The position numbers were made by a program, and so were the translations under genes. 64,000 nt of DNA from Eledone cirrhosa. Its lineage: Eukaryota. The first letter of the stretch is position 1. Every line of letters starts with the position of its first letter. Location: positions 360,406,001 to 360,470,000 of the forward strand of contig OZ024743.1 in assembly GCA_964016885.1 (NCBI GenBank). The letters are read 5' to 3'. Positions 36,756 through 49,151 of the stretch are shown here, piece by piece. The notes below the pieces were generated by a model that saw only the letters and a program-made list of their open reading frames with translations, was not told the DNA's origin and did no database searches.

Positions 36756-39700
36756 ATGACCTCACTCAGAATAGGCAGCATAAATGCTCGTGGCTTGCGG
36801 TCGTCATGGAAGCAGGGCCACCTTCTCAACGACCACAGGTCACTAAACATACATGTAGTGGCCATCAGCGAGACCAGAATCTCCGAAGCACGGGCCTTCG
36901 CACCGATCTTCGGCCGCTACGATGTGTACGCATCTCCCACCCGTCCGGGATTAGGGGAGGAGTTGCTGTGCTTTTTCGGAGAGGTTTGGATCTCGCCATA
37001 CGGTCCATCTTCCTGGACCCAGAAGGTAAGTTGGTGGTGCTAGACGTGGCCAGCGGAGACGGGCAAGCTTTCAGACTAGTGTCCGTTTATGCCCCGACAG
37101 GAGCAGGGCGGCCGGGTTTCTTCCGGCGTCTGGAGACCTTTCTTGGAACGTCCCGCTCTTTAGTGTTAGTGGGCGACTGGAACGGGATCTTAGATGCACG
37201 CTGGGACTGTGTGGGATTAGCGGATAGGGGAGGAGGGTGCAAGAGTCTTACCAACCTGCTCAGGTGTTTTGAACTGTCTGACAGGTACCGATTGGATGTC
37301 CCGAATGTGCCAATGTGGACTTGAACAAATCGTATAAGGTCATCCAGATCATATCTAGATAGAGTATTTTGTAGAGAAATAAATAGGTCTAGCATAGGCT
37401 GTCCACAATTCAAGATAGTCAGCTACACGGACCACAAATTCGTGATCTGTGTGCTTGACTTAGATAGGCTTCATAGGCGAGGACCCGGCTACTGGAAGCT
37501 AAACGCATCCTTCCAGCGCGCAAGGCCTACAGAGACCGGATTAGCGAACTAGTTAAGCGGGCGTTGACGGGGGCCATCGTCAACAACAAGTGGTGGTTTG
37601 CTCTGAAAAGAGCAATTTGAATAGAGTCCATTAGGTTTAGTAAGGCTTTACCAATAGAGAAATATAGAGCAGAGGGAGAATTAGTTAGAAAATTAGACGA
37701 GGCGCTTAGCAAAGGCATCGCGACCGACGTACTTGCGGCGAAATTGGCCCTTGACCAATTCTCCAATGCAAAGCACGAAGGCTGCGTTGTCAGACCTAGG
37801 GTCCGCGCTCTCAGACACGAGGGGACGAAAGCCGTTCAATGGGCCCGAGTGCGGAGGCGCGTCGTGGCAACAAAGCCACGATTCGGTCTTTGGTGGACCA
37901 CGACGGGCGCAAGCTACTCGATCCCGGGCAAATGTGTGAAGCTTTTCAGCGACACGTCGCTCAGCTGTTCGGGGGCAGCGGCGGGCCGGATCGAGGGATG
38001 GACTTTAGTGTCTACCTCGACGGACTGCCGCGGTTCTCGGCCACTCAGGCGGAGTGTTGCGAAAAGCCGATAACAGCCGCTGAAGTACGGGAGGCAATGA
38101 CTGGCTGCACAAGGGATAAATCGCCTGGTTTGGATGGTCTGCCCTATGAACTTTACGTACAGATGCCCTCTTGTTCGGAGGCCCCTTGGCGGACGTCTAC
38201 TGCAACTGGCAACAGAACGGGAGAATTTCCAGCTCTGTGACCTGAGGAGCTGTGGCGCTGCTGAGAAAGGATCCGAACAAGGGGGATAACATAGATAATT
38301 TCAGGCCCATAAGATTTTGGCCAAGGTGCTAGCAAAGAGGTTGGCGCTTGTCGTTGGTGGTCTGGCGGAAGAGGCGCAGACATGCGCCATTCCCGACAGA
38401 TCCATCCACGACAACCTCCACCTCATGCGATACATCGTAGAGAGGGTAGCTAGGGAACCTGGCACGGGTGGGTCCTTGATCAATTTAGATCAGTCGAAAG
38501 CTTTCGATAGGGTCGACCATCGTTACTTAGCGGCAGTCCTGAGGGCGGCTGGCTTTGGGCCCGTCTTCAGAGGCTAGATCGCTGCCATGCACAGCGACAT
38601 CTGCTCTGTGGTGACAGTGAACGGTCAGCTTTCGGAACCGTTTAACATCATGCGCTCGGTCCGCCAAGGATGTCCCCTCTCGTCCCTCTTGTACGTATTG
38701 ACTCTCGCGCTATTACTGCACAAACTGGAGACGTTGAGGGGGGTCCCACGCGAACTAGGATGTGGAAGATCCGTGTCAGCATATGCGGACGATGTCACCG
38801 TAGTGGTGTCGAACGCCAAACACATCGAGGCGATCGGCACTACACTAAGAGAATACGAAGCGGTGACAGGAGCAATGATCAACCAGGAAAAGTCAGTGGG
38901 TCTGCAGCTCGGCACCCGGAGAGGCAGGTCCATGCCGTACAACAGCGTCGACGGGTGCTGGACGGACGGACCGGTTAAATTGCTCGGGGTCTGGTTCGGT
39001 CCGGATCTCCAGACGGACAAAAACTGGGACTAGGTGACGACCAGAGTGGCTTCTCTCACCCAGAAATGGGCCGAGAGGAAGCTATCCCTGAAAGGTCGAG
39101 CGGAGGTGGCTAACGCGTACATCGCGTCAGTCATCTAATACCGCCTGACTGTCGTACCTAAGCACCGCCTGACTAGGCTGGAGCGATTGCTCTTTCGCTT
39201 TTTGTGGAAGGGACGAGCTCCGATGGTCAGGCGATCCATCTGCTGTCAACACCCGCTACGTGGAGAGCTGGGAATGCCGTGGCTGATGATGCGCAGACAC
39301 GCGCTCAGGCTACGACATGTCCACCTCTTCCTCGACGGTGATCAGGTGTTGTCGCCGTTTGCTAGACGCGCCCTTCCCCAGCTCGTCTCCTTGACGGAGC
39401 AGCAGTCCTGGGTCAAACGAAGACCGAGAATGTCCGCTTGAAAACTGAAATGTCTTCAGGCGCTCACAGCCATCGACCAATCGGGCAATGTGATCGGTGG
39501 AAACTCCACCTTGGCGTTCTATAGAGGATTAGTGGAGGGGAAGAGCGACGACGTACTTGGGGAAACTCTATGCGTCGACGAAAATCAACTAGCCAATCTC
39601 TTCGAAAGAACTTTCGGGCCGGGGCCTATTGACAACTTCCAGAAATCCCTGGCCTGGCAGTGCTACCGAGTAGCTTTGCCAGTTCGGGATAAACTCTACA

Positions 39701-40126
39701 GGCATGGAGGTGCCGTCAGCCGGGCATGTCCGAGATGCACGCAGAGCGACGAAACCGACCTGCACGTACTCGTCCAGTGTCCGAGCATTGCTGACTTCTG
39801 GGTTTATGTCGAACACCTGCTGTCGCGTGTGGGAGGGATCCAGCTATCAGCTGAGTCCATCGTGAGCATTGCCCCGCCCTCTTCCTTTAGCCGGGAAGGG
39901 TAGGCAGTTTTTATCTGTCTGGTGGCCATGGCGAAAGAGATAGTATGGTGGACACGTTTGAAAGGGCTGAAGACGAGCACTTACCTCTTCGGTGATGCCC
40001 TGATTAACTTTTTCTATTTCATGGGTAGAAAGGGAAGTGTTCTCTTCCCAGCATTTTGTTGAAAGATGGGTGAGAGAGGCAAGAATGGCCCGAGTGAATG
40101 GGTCTACTCTGAGTATGTGTCTGTAA
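36756..40126 (+). pseudogene. Tx1-like ORF2 (APE endonuclease + RT + zinc finger), multiple stops and frameshifts
   Basis: SINARGL, ISET, SVYAP, VGDWN, YLDRVF, TDH, YWKLN, KSPGLDGLP, LDQSKAFDRVDH, VRQGCPLS, AYADD, CPRC-x8-H-x3-C. Confidence 0.93.
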
Positions 40127-40383
40127 ATTAAAGGTGGAAAACTGGCAGAAGGCACTTGCCCGGGTGGTCAGGGTCACTGTGGCCTTTTAATGGGCTTTCT
40201 CCACAAATGTCTCTCGGAAGTCTCCCCCCTATTGGGGAATTTTTCATTATTATTTTTATTACATCCTCTGTGTTTTTACACGCAGAAATGCCCATTTGTA
40301 CCGTCCTGTTTTGTTCTGTACTGTCCTTAATGTCTACTTTATGTAAACCCTTGTGGTTAATAAAGAAAGCATTATTATTAGTA

Positions 40384-40518
40384 TCCCGCCGAGGTTGACC
40401 TTGCCTTTCATCCTTACCGGGTCGATAAAATAAAGTACCAGTAATACACTGGTTAATTGCTGGCCTTGTACCTAAAAGTAGAAACATTTATTATTATTAT
40501 TATCATTATTATTATTAT
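40384..40518 (+). mobile_element. SINE family A, 3' half with (ATT)n tail
   Basis: ATCCCGCCGAGGTTGACCTTGCCTTTCATCC...AGTAGAAAC. Confidence 0.85.
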
Positions 40519-40724
40519 TGGTGGATTGGCAGTATTGGTAGAGGGTTGGACGCCATGCTTTGACGTATAGAGTTACAGCCCTTGCCTTTCTGAGTTCAAA
40601 TCCCACCGAGGTTAACTTTGCCTCTCATCCTTACGGGGTCGATAAAATAAAGTACAGTAATGCACTGGGTAATTGCTGGCCTTGTGCCTAACCTAGAAAC
40701 AATTATTATTATTATTATTATTAT
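40519..40724 (+). mobile_element. SINE family A, full length, directly after the previous copy's tail
   Basis: GGTGGATTGGCAGTATTGG head, GAGTTCAAATCC, (ATT)n tail. Confidence 0.9.
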
Positions 40725-40912
40725 CGCTGAATGGCAAGTGTAACGTCGGACAACATACCCTGAACCAATTTTCGGCCCTTAGATTAAATCAAACCAAATC
40801 AAATATCAGCTGGAGATTTGGATCGATTTATTTGAATATATCGCCCTTTCTTAAAGTATGTCCTTGAACTTCTGTCAGTGAACATAATAATTTTTAATAT
40901 TAGTAGTCGTCA

Positions 40913-41131
40913 AGGATGGTGGATTGGCAGAATTGGTAGAGCGTCGGCCACCATCCCCTTAGCGACATAGAGTTACGGCCCTTTACATTATGAGTTCAAA
41001 TACCGCTGGGGTTAGATTTGCCTTTCATCCTTACGGAGTCGATAGAATAAAGTACCAGTCATACGCTGAGGTCGATTTAATCGACTTGCCCTCGCCCAAA
41101 AATTGGCTGGCCTTATTCCTAAAGGAGAGAC
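40913..41131 (+). mobile_element. SINE family A (long 3' variant) with 17-bp TSD
   Basis: AATATTAGTAGTCGTCA at 40896-40912 and 41132-41148. Confidence 0.92.
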
Positions 41132-42799
41132 AATATTAGTAGTCGTCATTTTATTACTAGTTTGTGTTTTCTTGTAATTTTATTAGAAGTAGTATGTCAC
41201 CTATATTCTTCTCGCTTATTTCGATGCTTTTCTACTAAAATTTTGCTAGGGTCAAAATGGTCTACCATTGTTTCTTGATTCGGTAACATAAGTACTGTGA
41301 ATATATAAGGGCTAATAATATAGACTATCACCTCTCCCCTCAGGAAATCGGCCCAGCTAGCAAAAATAAAATTTCAGCATTATTAATACCACTGTTTGTG
41401 TGTCTCTCTCTTTGTTCACCCCAACAGTTGCTATTGGTCGGCGCTGTTTGAATAATGAATAAAATTATCTCTTTTATTTCTATATTACCGATAGTTGGTT
41501 GCGGGGAATGTGCAGAGAAGTCACAAGACCTTTAATCCCATTGCAATAAATGATGTCTTTATATTAGTATCTGTCTGACAATTATGTATATGTTGAATAG
41601 AATCGGATGACATTGTAGCGTCGAAATCCGCCGGGAAATTGGCTGTGGAATATTGATTGCTTAATAATAATTTCAGCTTTGCTAAACTTCTCTCTCCATG
41701 ACTACTGACTTTTTATCATAATGGAACACTTGAAGGTGAACCAGACTGGGTTATAATCTGTGGGCTTTTACGATTTCAATTTCTACTCTTATGATCATAT
41801 CTCTATCAAGTAAGAGAGTGTAAAGAGTGGGCAGTAGAGAGAGAGAGAGAGGCGGGAGATAGGGGGAGAAAGGGAGAGAGAGAAAGAGATAAAATAGAGA
41901 GTGATGGAGAGAAAAACATAGATAGGAATAAGTCACTATGATATTGAGTAACACTTTAGAAAAAAAAAAGATTTGGACACACTGAAGGAAAGACTATCGT
42001 GTTTATCTAACATCAATCTTTCTAATGTTTTCTGTTTTGTCTTACGAAGAACAACGTTATTGTGCTAGGAAACGCGGCAATAGGAATAGCTATAAATCAT
42101 CTTACAGTAATTACATATGTTCGGGTAAATATATATATATATATTATATATATATGTATATATATATATATATATGCAACGTATATCCTTATGTGCAAAC
42201 AGATGGGATGACAATTGAGAAAGAAAAAAAAAATTATAAATGTTTTCCTTTGATACTGGTCTTACTGTGGTCGCGTAAAGTGAAGCCCCAATGAACATCT
42301 ACACAAATATATCTCACCACTGCAATATATTACATATGTTATAATTAAATAGTTGTTAGTAATTTTGGATGGGGAAATCAGACAGCTTTTTCTGAAGGCA
42401 ATTAAGCATACAATTTATAAGCAGGTTAATAGCGACAGTGGTCAGAATATGGACAAAAAATATTACAGAGGAGGCATTTGAAAAGAGATTTTATTCATGA
42501 AATATATTTACATACTGATTATAATGATGGTATTGAATGTGTATAATAAATTCATAGAATATAGTTAATCAAATACGTATGTGTATATCTTTATTTATCC
42601 ACGTATCCATTTATGTAATTAAAAGTACATAAGTAAATACATGCAATACATACGAGGGAATTATTCATACAAGCAAAATCCCACATACATACAGGTACAG
42701 CGACATATAGGACGGCTTTCTATCGAGAGCATTGCATTTTCCGGTCTGTAAACAAACAGTGTTGAACAAACGAACAACGATGGTTGCTAGACACTACGG

Positions 42800-42866
<67 letters not shown>

Positions 42867-42870
42867 TAGC

Positions 42871-43794
42871 GCATCCTAGCGCGTCTCACAAACTTACACC
42901 ACTAAACATAGCAGCCAGGTTTATTTGACATTTGAAATAGCTCAACAAATTAACGGAGCCGAATATATCAAAGGTATATATTGAGTTAGGAACTCCTAAT
43001 AATCTCTTACAACAAAATAGCTCTAAGAAAGAGATATTTCCGAGCCGTATATTATAACAGAATATAAAAGAAAAACGAACAAAGATATATACATAAATGT
43101 GTTCAAATGGTAAGGGACCAGATTCGCTAAGGTGAAAAGAATGCTAACTATAGACAATTGGGTTTGCTTGTCTCAATTTAAGAAAGAATCAAGAAAATAA
43201 ATACAAACCGGAATTGTGGTAACTACCAATCACCCAGACAATTTGTTGTTGTTTCGCAATGTTAATTGTGAATATAATTACCAATTCAAGCTCATCAGTG
43301 GATGATGAATCGGTATCCTAGACACTTCTAAGTATATTAAAACACTGAATAGTGTGCTCTATATAATAGCGCACATGGCATCCTAGCGCGTCTCACAAAC
43401 TTACACCACTAAACATAGCAGCCAGGTTTAATCGACATTTGAAATAGCTCAACAAATTAACGGAGCCGAATATATCAAAGGTATATTTTCAGTTAGGAAC
43501 TCAAAATAATCTCTTACAACAAAATAGCTCTAAGAAAGAGATATTTTCGAGCCGTATATTATAACAGAATATAAAAGAAAAACGAACAAAGATATATACA
43601 TAAACGTGTTCAAATCTTAAGGGACCAGATTCGCTAAGGTGAAAAGAATACTAACTATAGACAATTGGGTTTGCTTGTCTCAATTTAAGAAAGAATCATG
43701 AAAATAAATACAAACCGGAATTGTGGTAACTACCAATCACCCAGACAATTTGTTGTTGTTTCGCAATGTTAATTGTGAATAGAATTACCAATTG
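42871..43794 (-). mobile_element. Non-coding hammerhead-bearing tandem element, 507-bp unit x ~1.8 (retrozyme-like)
   Basis: GCATCCTAGCGCGTCTCAC at 42871 and 43378; (TA)n adjacent on the left and about 60 nt beyond the right end; no ORF. Confidence 0.85.
43229..43306 (-). ncRNA. Type I hammerhead ribozyme (full stem III)
   Basis: Minus strand ATCATCCA-CTGATGA-GC..GC-GAAA-CAA-caacaaa-TTG-TC-TGGGTGAT; stems I, II and III pair and the cleavage triplet is GUC. Confidence 0.85.
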
Positions 43795-43853
43795 AAGGTC
43801 ACTTTCTTTTTCTTTGACTTTTTCTTTTTCTTTTTCTTTTATATTCTGTTATA

Positions 43854-43922
<69 letters not shown>

Positions 43923-43927
<5 letters not shown>

Positions 43928-44145
43928 AACTGGAGTATATATAAGAAGACATTAAAAGATGGTTCAAAAAGTTCCATATATTTTAATATACGCATTTCAA
44001 AAACAAATATCATCCCGGGATTTTTACCATCTTTTAATTTCTTCTTATATATACTCCAGTTCAATAAACTTTTGAGTGCTACTTATCCGATATATCGATA
44101 TATGCGTAGTTTTATTGTTCTACAATAATACTCACATCCTACACA
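43923..44145. mobile_element. Small fold-back remnant of the same family as 49385-49758
   Basis: TATTGAACTGGAGTATATATAAGAAG / CTTCTTATATATACTCCAGTTCAATA inverted arms; partial hammerhead GCATTTCAAAAACAAATATCAT; 44067-44145 is the reverse-complement homologue of 49385-49455. Confidence 0.75.
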
Positions 44146-44296
44146 CACATATATATATTTATATATATATATATTGTTATATATCTGTGTGTGTATGTGC
44201 ATATATATAGTCGCCTATGTCAAAATGGAAAGGTCGACGCAAAATACTAAAAATTGTAATATATGCATGCTTGCATACAGAAACACACACGCACAC

Positions 44297-44395
<99 letters not shown>

Positions 44396-44663
44396 TGTAT
44401 CCTATATATACACATATACTTATATATATATATATATATATATACAATTAAGTTAAAGTGTACATCTACATATGTATACGGAAGTATTAGTATGCATATA
44501 AATACACACATGTATACATATGTACATGTACTCAGCTTTTCACTAGACACTTTACAGTGAGTGTCAGCTAGTCTGTATGTAACCACACAGACGGACCGGG
44601 TTTTAGAGTCATACGGGTTTTCAAGGAAACACATTTCCTCTATTCTCCAGAGGGCCAGACAGG

Positions 44664-44708
44664 AATATTGAACTAGTTTCGATGTTATTACATCTCATCA
44701 GCAATATT
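44664..44708 (-). ncRNA. Minimal type I hammerhead ribozyme, unit 1 (GUU site)
   Basis: AATATTG-CTGATGA-GATGT aata ACATC-GAAA-CTAG-TT-CAATATT; palindromic stem III ACTAGT. Confidence 0.85.
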
Positions 44709-45132
44709 TACCCATCTTCCGGCTTCTCTGGAGAATTGTAAAAGCACATATCGTTATATGCTTTTTCTATGAAAATTAGTAGTGGGTAGACTAATTTGCA
44801 TAGAACGTGAGTCATTGTACGCACCGGTTCAGCGGAAACGATAAAAACAAATAACGAAACGAAATTAAATTTCGTTTCGCTTCTAACTCACTTTTGTATG
44901 ACTGACGCTTAAACAATTAAGTTAAAGTGTACATCTACATATGTATACGGAAGTATTAGTATGCATATAAATACACACATGTATACATATGTACATGTAC
45001 TCAGCTTTTCACTAGACACTTTACAGTGAGTGTCAGCTAGTCTGTATGTAACCACACAGACGGACCGGGTTTTAGAGTCATACGGGTTTTCAAGGAAACA
45101 CATTTCCTCTATTCTCCAGAGGGCCAGACAGG

Positions 45133-45177
45133 AATATTGAACTAGTTTCGATGTTATTACATCTCATCAGCAATATT
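45133..45177 (-). ncRNA. Minimal type I hammerhead ribozyme, unit 2 (GUU site)
   Basis: Same sequence as unit 1. Confidence 0.85.
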
Positions 45178-45601
45178 TACCCATCTTCCGGCTTCTCTGG
45201 AGAATTGTAAAAGCACATATCGTTATATGCTTTTTCTATGAAAATTAGTAGTGGGTAGACTAATTTGCATAGAACGTGAGTCATTGTACGCACCGGTTCA
45301 GCGGAAACGATAAAAACAAATAACGAAACGAAATTAAATTTCGTTTCGCTTCTAACTCACTTTTGTATGACTGACGCTTAAACAATTAAGTTAAAGTGTA
45401 CATCTACATATGTATACGGAAGTATTAGTATGCATATAAATACACACATGTATACATATGTACATGTACTCAGCTTTTCACTAGACACTTTACAGTGAGT
45501 GTCAGCTAGTCTGTATGTAACCACACAGACGGACCGGGTTTTAGAGTCATACGGGTTTTCAAGGAAACACATTTCCTCTATTCTCCAGAGGGCCAGACAG
45601 G

Positions 45602-45646
45602 AATATTGGACTAGTTTCGATGTTATTACATCTCATCAGCAATATT
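45602..45646 (-). ncRNA. Minimal type I hammerhead ribozyme, unit 3 (canonical GUC site)
   Basis: As unit 1, but G at plus-strand 45609 gives GAAACTAGTC. Confidence 0.9.
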
Positions 45647-46005
45647 TACCCATCTTCCGGCTTCTCTGGAGAATTGTAAAAGCACATATCGTTATATGCT
45701 TTTTCTATGAAAATTAGTAGTGGGTAGACTAATTTGCATAGAACCTGAGTCATTGTACGCACCGGTTCAGCGGAAACGATAAAAACAAATAACGAAACGA
45801 AATTAAATTTCGTTTCGCTTCTAACTCACTTTTGTATGACTGACGCTTAAACAATTAAGTTAAAGTGTACATCTACATATGTATACAGAAGTATTAGTAT
45901 GCATATAAATACACACATGTATATATATATATGTATGTATCCTGAGGATCCGCATAAGGTGAAACCTTTGTTCTCGGTTTGGTGAACTAACTGTTGTGGA
46001 ACTAC

Positions 46006-46051
<46 letters not shown>

Positions 46052-46662
46052 AGGTTATAGTTCACTTGAAGCATTGTGTAATGAGGTATAAACGTTTGAA
46101 TATGTGTAATAAAGCCAAAACAATGCAGGTATGGACATAGAAAAAAGAATGCAATTGTAAAAGATATTGTTGACAATTCGTCCTTTACCTTAGATTTATT
46201 TAAATGTCCTTAATTTTCGAGATAATATCTCTTCTTCAGATGGAAATAAAGGTCTCAAACCAGCGTTCTAAATATCTTGCCAAGCCATGCTAACAGAAAA
46301 TAGTATAGAGTATCTGTTTATCTCTAATGACAAAGAGTTAAAATTAGGTGGATAAAGAGTAGTCTCCCTTTAAAAGGGGTTTGTTTAGGTTTTTTTTAAA
46401 TTTTTTTAAATTTTTTATATTTTATATACATGCCTGTATAAGTGTGTGGGAGAATGCATGAAGGTGTAAGTATGTGAGTGTGTGTGTGTGAGTGTGAAAA
46501 GATAAGTCTATTCGTAAATGTGGGGGATAGGTGTTATCTGGTGTTAGAACTGGTTATGTGTGTGTATGTGTGAGAGAGAATAAGTGGAGGTGTAAGCGTG
46601 TGTGTGTGCGCGTGCGTGTGTGTGTGTGGGGGGGGGGGGTAAATATGGGGCTAGATGCCCTA

Positions 46663-49005
46663 TCAGGTTATAAATTGGGTGTTGAGTTCTTGTCTATTAT
46701 TGAATGGTGGTTGTGTTTTATCTATAATTAGTGCTTCCTTAATTCTAAGATTGCCGAGGTTTCTTTCCTTAGTTTCTATCCTAACTGTTATGTTTTTGTC
46801 GGTGTTTTTGCATTTAGCTAGGTGTTTCTTAAATGAGGAAGCGTTAGTATTGAGGTGTTCTTTTATTCTTATGTGGAGTGGTCTGGTGGTGCTACCTACG
46901 TAGAAGTTGTTGCATTTGTCACACTCTAGTCTGTATACGACGTAAGCCTGGTGGCATAGGTCTGTGTCGTTGATGGGGCAGTTGGCTAGTCTGCAGCAGT
47001 TGTCATGTCTGGTGGAGTGTCTCTTGGCCAGCCGTCCGCGCAGAGAAGGACCCGAGTGGGCCAGTTGGATATCCAGTCCCTCTCGTCTGATGGCTCTGCG
47101 GATGGCTGTTGTTGTTTCTTCACTGAAGTCTGGGAGCTTCAGGAAGCAAGTGTTAGTGCCTCGGGTGTGGTGTCCTCTGTTCTTTCTGGCACGGTTTGTG
47201 GTGGATGTCGTGTATCCGTTCAGTTTGAGTACTTCCAGGAGATGTGTGGTGTGTGTGTCTCGGTCTCTAGCGTCGGTGCATTTGTTCCGGATACGTGCCA
47301 GTTCGTTCCTTATGTATCCGAACTTGGCACCGAGTGGGAGGTCCGATCTGAAATGTACGAACAGGTCCCTGCTGGCGGCTTTTTTATAGAAGCAGGTGTG
47401 GATGCTGCCTTCCTCTGTTACCCTGAGTTGGAAGTCCAGTAGGGATAGGGATCCGCGGTCATCGGGGTGTTCCATGCTGAACTTTATACTGGCGTCCATG
47501 CTGGAGAATGTTGTGTATATTTTATCTGCCTCCTCACGGGATGATGTAAGGATGAGTATGTCATCTACATATCGGGTGAAGAAGGCATGGGAATGGCAGA
47601 TGTTGAGGGCTCGGCATTCTAGCTGGCTCATGTAGGTGATGGCCAGCAGGCCCGATAGGCTGGATCCCATGGGTAATCCTGTTGTCTGTCTGTATGTGTG
47701 GTGGTGGAAGGTGAAGTACGTGTTGTCTACTGTGAAGGACAAAAGCTGGTGTATGTCCGTCGGGTGGAGGCCGTAGCAGTGAATGTCCTCTGCGACCACG
47801 CAGTCCGTCAATAAATCGACAGCTGGATGAGCGGGGACTGTAGTGTAGAGGGAGACAACGTCGAGGCTGAAAGCGTATTTATTTAGTTTAAGTTGTTCTG
47901 GCTGGAGTTGGTGTAGTCTACGTATAACTTCGTCGGAGCTACTGACATGCCCGGGAAAGGTGGAGAGTAGAGGCTTGAGGACCTGGGAGAGGAGCCAGGA
48001 AATTTTGTATAGGGGTCCTTCTATGCTAGAGACGATGGGTCTTATTTGCGTCTTAGTACTATTCTTGTGCGTCTTGATGAGGTGGTAGAAAGTGGGCAGT
48101 CTGCTATTTCTAGTGGTGTAGTTGAGCTTAACTTTATTTGGGAGTTGTCTTCTCCTACAGATATCGAACCAAATGGAGTTGGTCTGTTTTTCGATCTGGG
48201 CTGCGGTCATGTCCGGGATCACTGTGTATAATTCACTGTCGCTTAGGTGTTCAAAGGCTAGGTTATTGTATGTGGCTTGAGAGATGACGCAAGACTCTTT
48301 ACCTTTGTCGGATGGTAAGTATATAAGTTCCCTATTCCGTAGGTTCTTCAGTGCGAGTTGTTGTGTCGTGGAGAGGTTTGGGGCTATCTTCTTCTGTTTC
48401 CGTAAGATGTTAAATACGGAATGTTTTAGTCTCGAGAGTTTTTCTTCAAGCTCGCGGTTGGCAGGCGGTAGACAGAGTGGGCGATCTAGTTGGTATATCG
48501 GGAATCTGGGTTTGATGGATTCCGTGGTGTTGTTGTCGAAAGTCGATATCCATTTTAGTTGGTAGGCAGCCCGACAGAAATTCGTTTCTATGTCGAGCCA
48601 TATTTTGTCGTCCAGTCTCTGTTTCAATATGAACTTGGGACCCAGGCTGAGGAGGTCTAATTCCTCTCGGGAGAGGGATCCTGTCAAGTCTGTGACGAGG
48701 TGTTTTGCGTCAGGTGTGTTGTTGGTCGGGGCGCCGCTAGGTTCGGTGTTGGTACCGTCTTGTTCGCCTCTGTTGGTGTTTAGAGTTGGGATGTTGTTAA
48801 GACAGTTGGCCGTCCTGAGTTTGAGAAATGTTTGCGTTAGACGTATTTTCTCGTAATCTCGGCGGTGGTGGTATGACCTGTCTATAGTGGCGGAGATGAT
48901 TCTGGACAGAGGTTCTGGGGTTTCAGCGAGTTGTGGTACAAGGCTGGAAATAGTCCGTATGTGATGTAGCGTGCGGTGTAGGTGTTGTATGAGTTTTCTT
49001 AAAAC
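46663..49005 (-). CDS. Penelope-like reverse transcriptase + GIY-YIG endonuclease (5' truncated at the inversion junction)
   Basis: LSLGPKF, PSDKG, LIKTHK, RPIVS, SLDVVSLYT, GLPMGSSLS, RYVDDI, LLDF, VVYRLECDKCNNFYVGSTTRPLHIRIKEH. By manual translation the frame stays open upstream of the listed start (48687) to about 49005. Confidence 0.9.
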   Translation of the reverse strand, partial: VLRKLIQHLHRTLHHIRTISSLVPQLAETPEPLSRIISATIDRSYHHRRDYEKIRLTQTFLKLRTANCLNNIPTLNTNRGEQDGTNTEPSGAPTNNTPDAKHLVTDLTGSLSREELDLLSLGPKFILKQRLDDKIWLDIETNFCRAAYQLKWISTFDNNTTESIKPRFPIYQLDRPLCLPPANRELEEKLSRLKHSVFNILRKQKKIAPNLSTTQQLALKNLRNRELIYLPSDKGKESCVISQATYNNLAFEHLSDSELYTVIPDMTAAQIEKQTNSIWFDICRRRQLPNKVKLNYTTRNSRLPTFYHLIKTHKNSTKTQIRPIVSSIEGPLYKISWLLSQVLKPLLSTFPGHVSSSDEVIRRLHQLQPEQLKLNKYAFSLDVVSLYTTVPAHPAVDLLTDCVVAEDIHCYGLHPTDIHQLLSFTVDNTYFTFHHHTYRQTTGLPMGSSLSGLLAITYMSQLECRALNICHSHAFFTRYVDDILILTSSREEADKIYTTFSSMDASIKFSMEHPDDRGSLSLLDFQLRVTEEGSIHTCFYKKAASRDLFVHFRSDLPLGAKFGYIRNELARIRNKCTDARDRDTHTTHLLEVLKLNGYTTSTTNRARKNRGHHTRGTNTCFLKLPDFSEETTTAIRRAIRREGLDIQLAHSGPSLRGRLAKRHSTRHDNCCRLANCPINDTDLCHQAYVVYRLECDKCNNFYVGSTTRPLHIRIKEHLNTNASSFKKHLAKCKNTDKNITVRIETKERNLGNLRIKEALIIDKTQPPFNNRQELNTQFIT

Positions 49006-49151
49006 CCCTAAACAAACCCCTTTTAAAGGGAGACTACTCTTTATCCACCTAATTTTAACTCTTTCACATTAGAGACAGAACAGATACTCTATACTATTTC
49101 CTGTCAGCATGGCTTGGCAAGATATTTAGAACGCTGGTTTGAGACCTTTAT

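Larger units (their letters stand above)
34574..40380 (+). mobile_element. Apparently full-length Tx1/L1-clade LINE, both ORFs disrupted
   Basis: 5' UTR; ORF1 from ATG 34793 with a zinc knuckle; ORF2 36756-40126; 3' UTR with AATAAA at 40359 and a short (ATT)n tail. Confidence 0.92.
44444..45920 (-). mobile_element. Non-coding hammerhead-bearing tandem array, 469-bp unit x ~3.15 (retrozyme-like)
   Basis: ACAATTAAGTTAAAGTGTAC at 44444, 44913, 45382 and 45851; units nearly identical; (TA)n flanks. Confidence 0.92.

Noticed and set aside
44444-45920. CRISPR-like array or repeated small gene (64-aa ORF three times)
   Set aside because: Whole 469-bp units repeat with no unique spacers, the context is eukaryotic, and the ORF is low-complexity.
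45938-45990. Hammerhead-like CTGAGGA...GAAACC...GGTT
   Set aside because: Stem II is only 2 bp and no stem I pairing was found.
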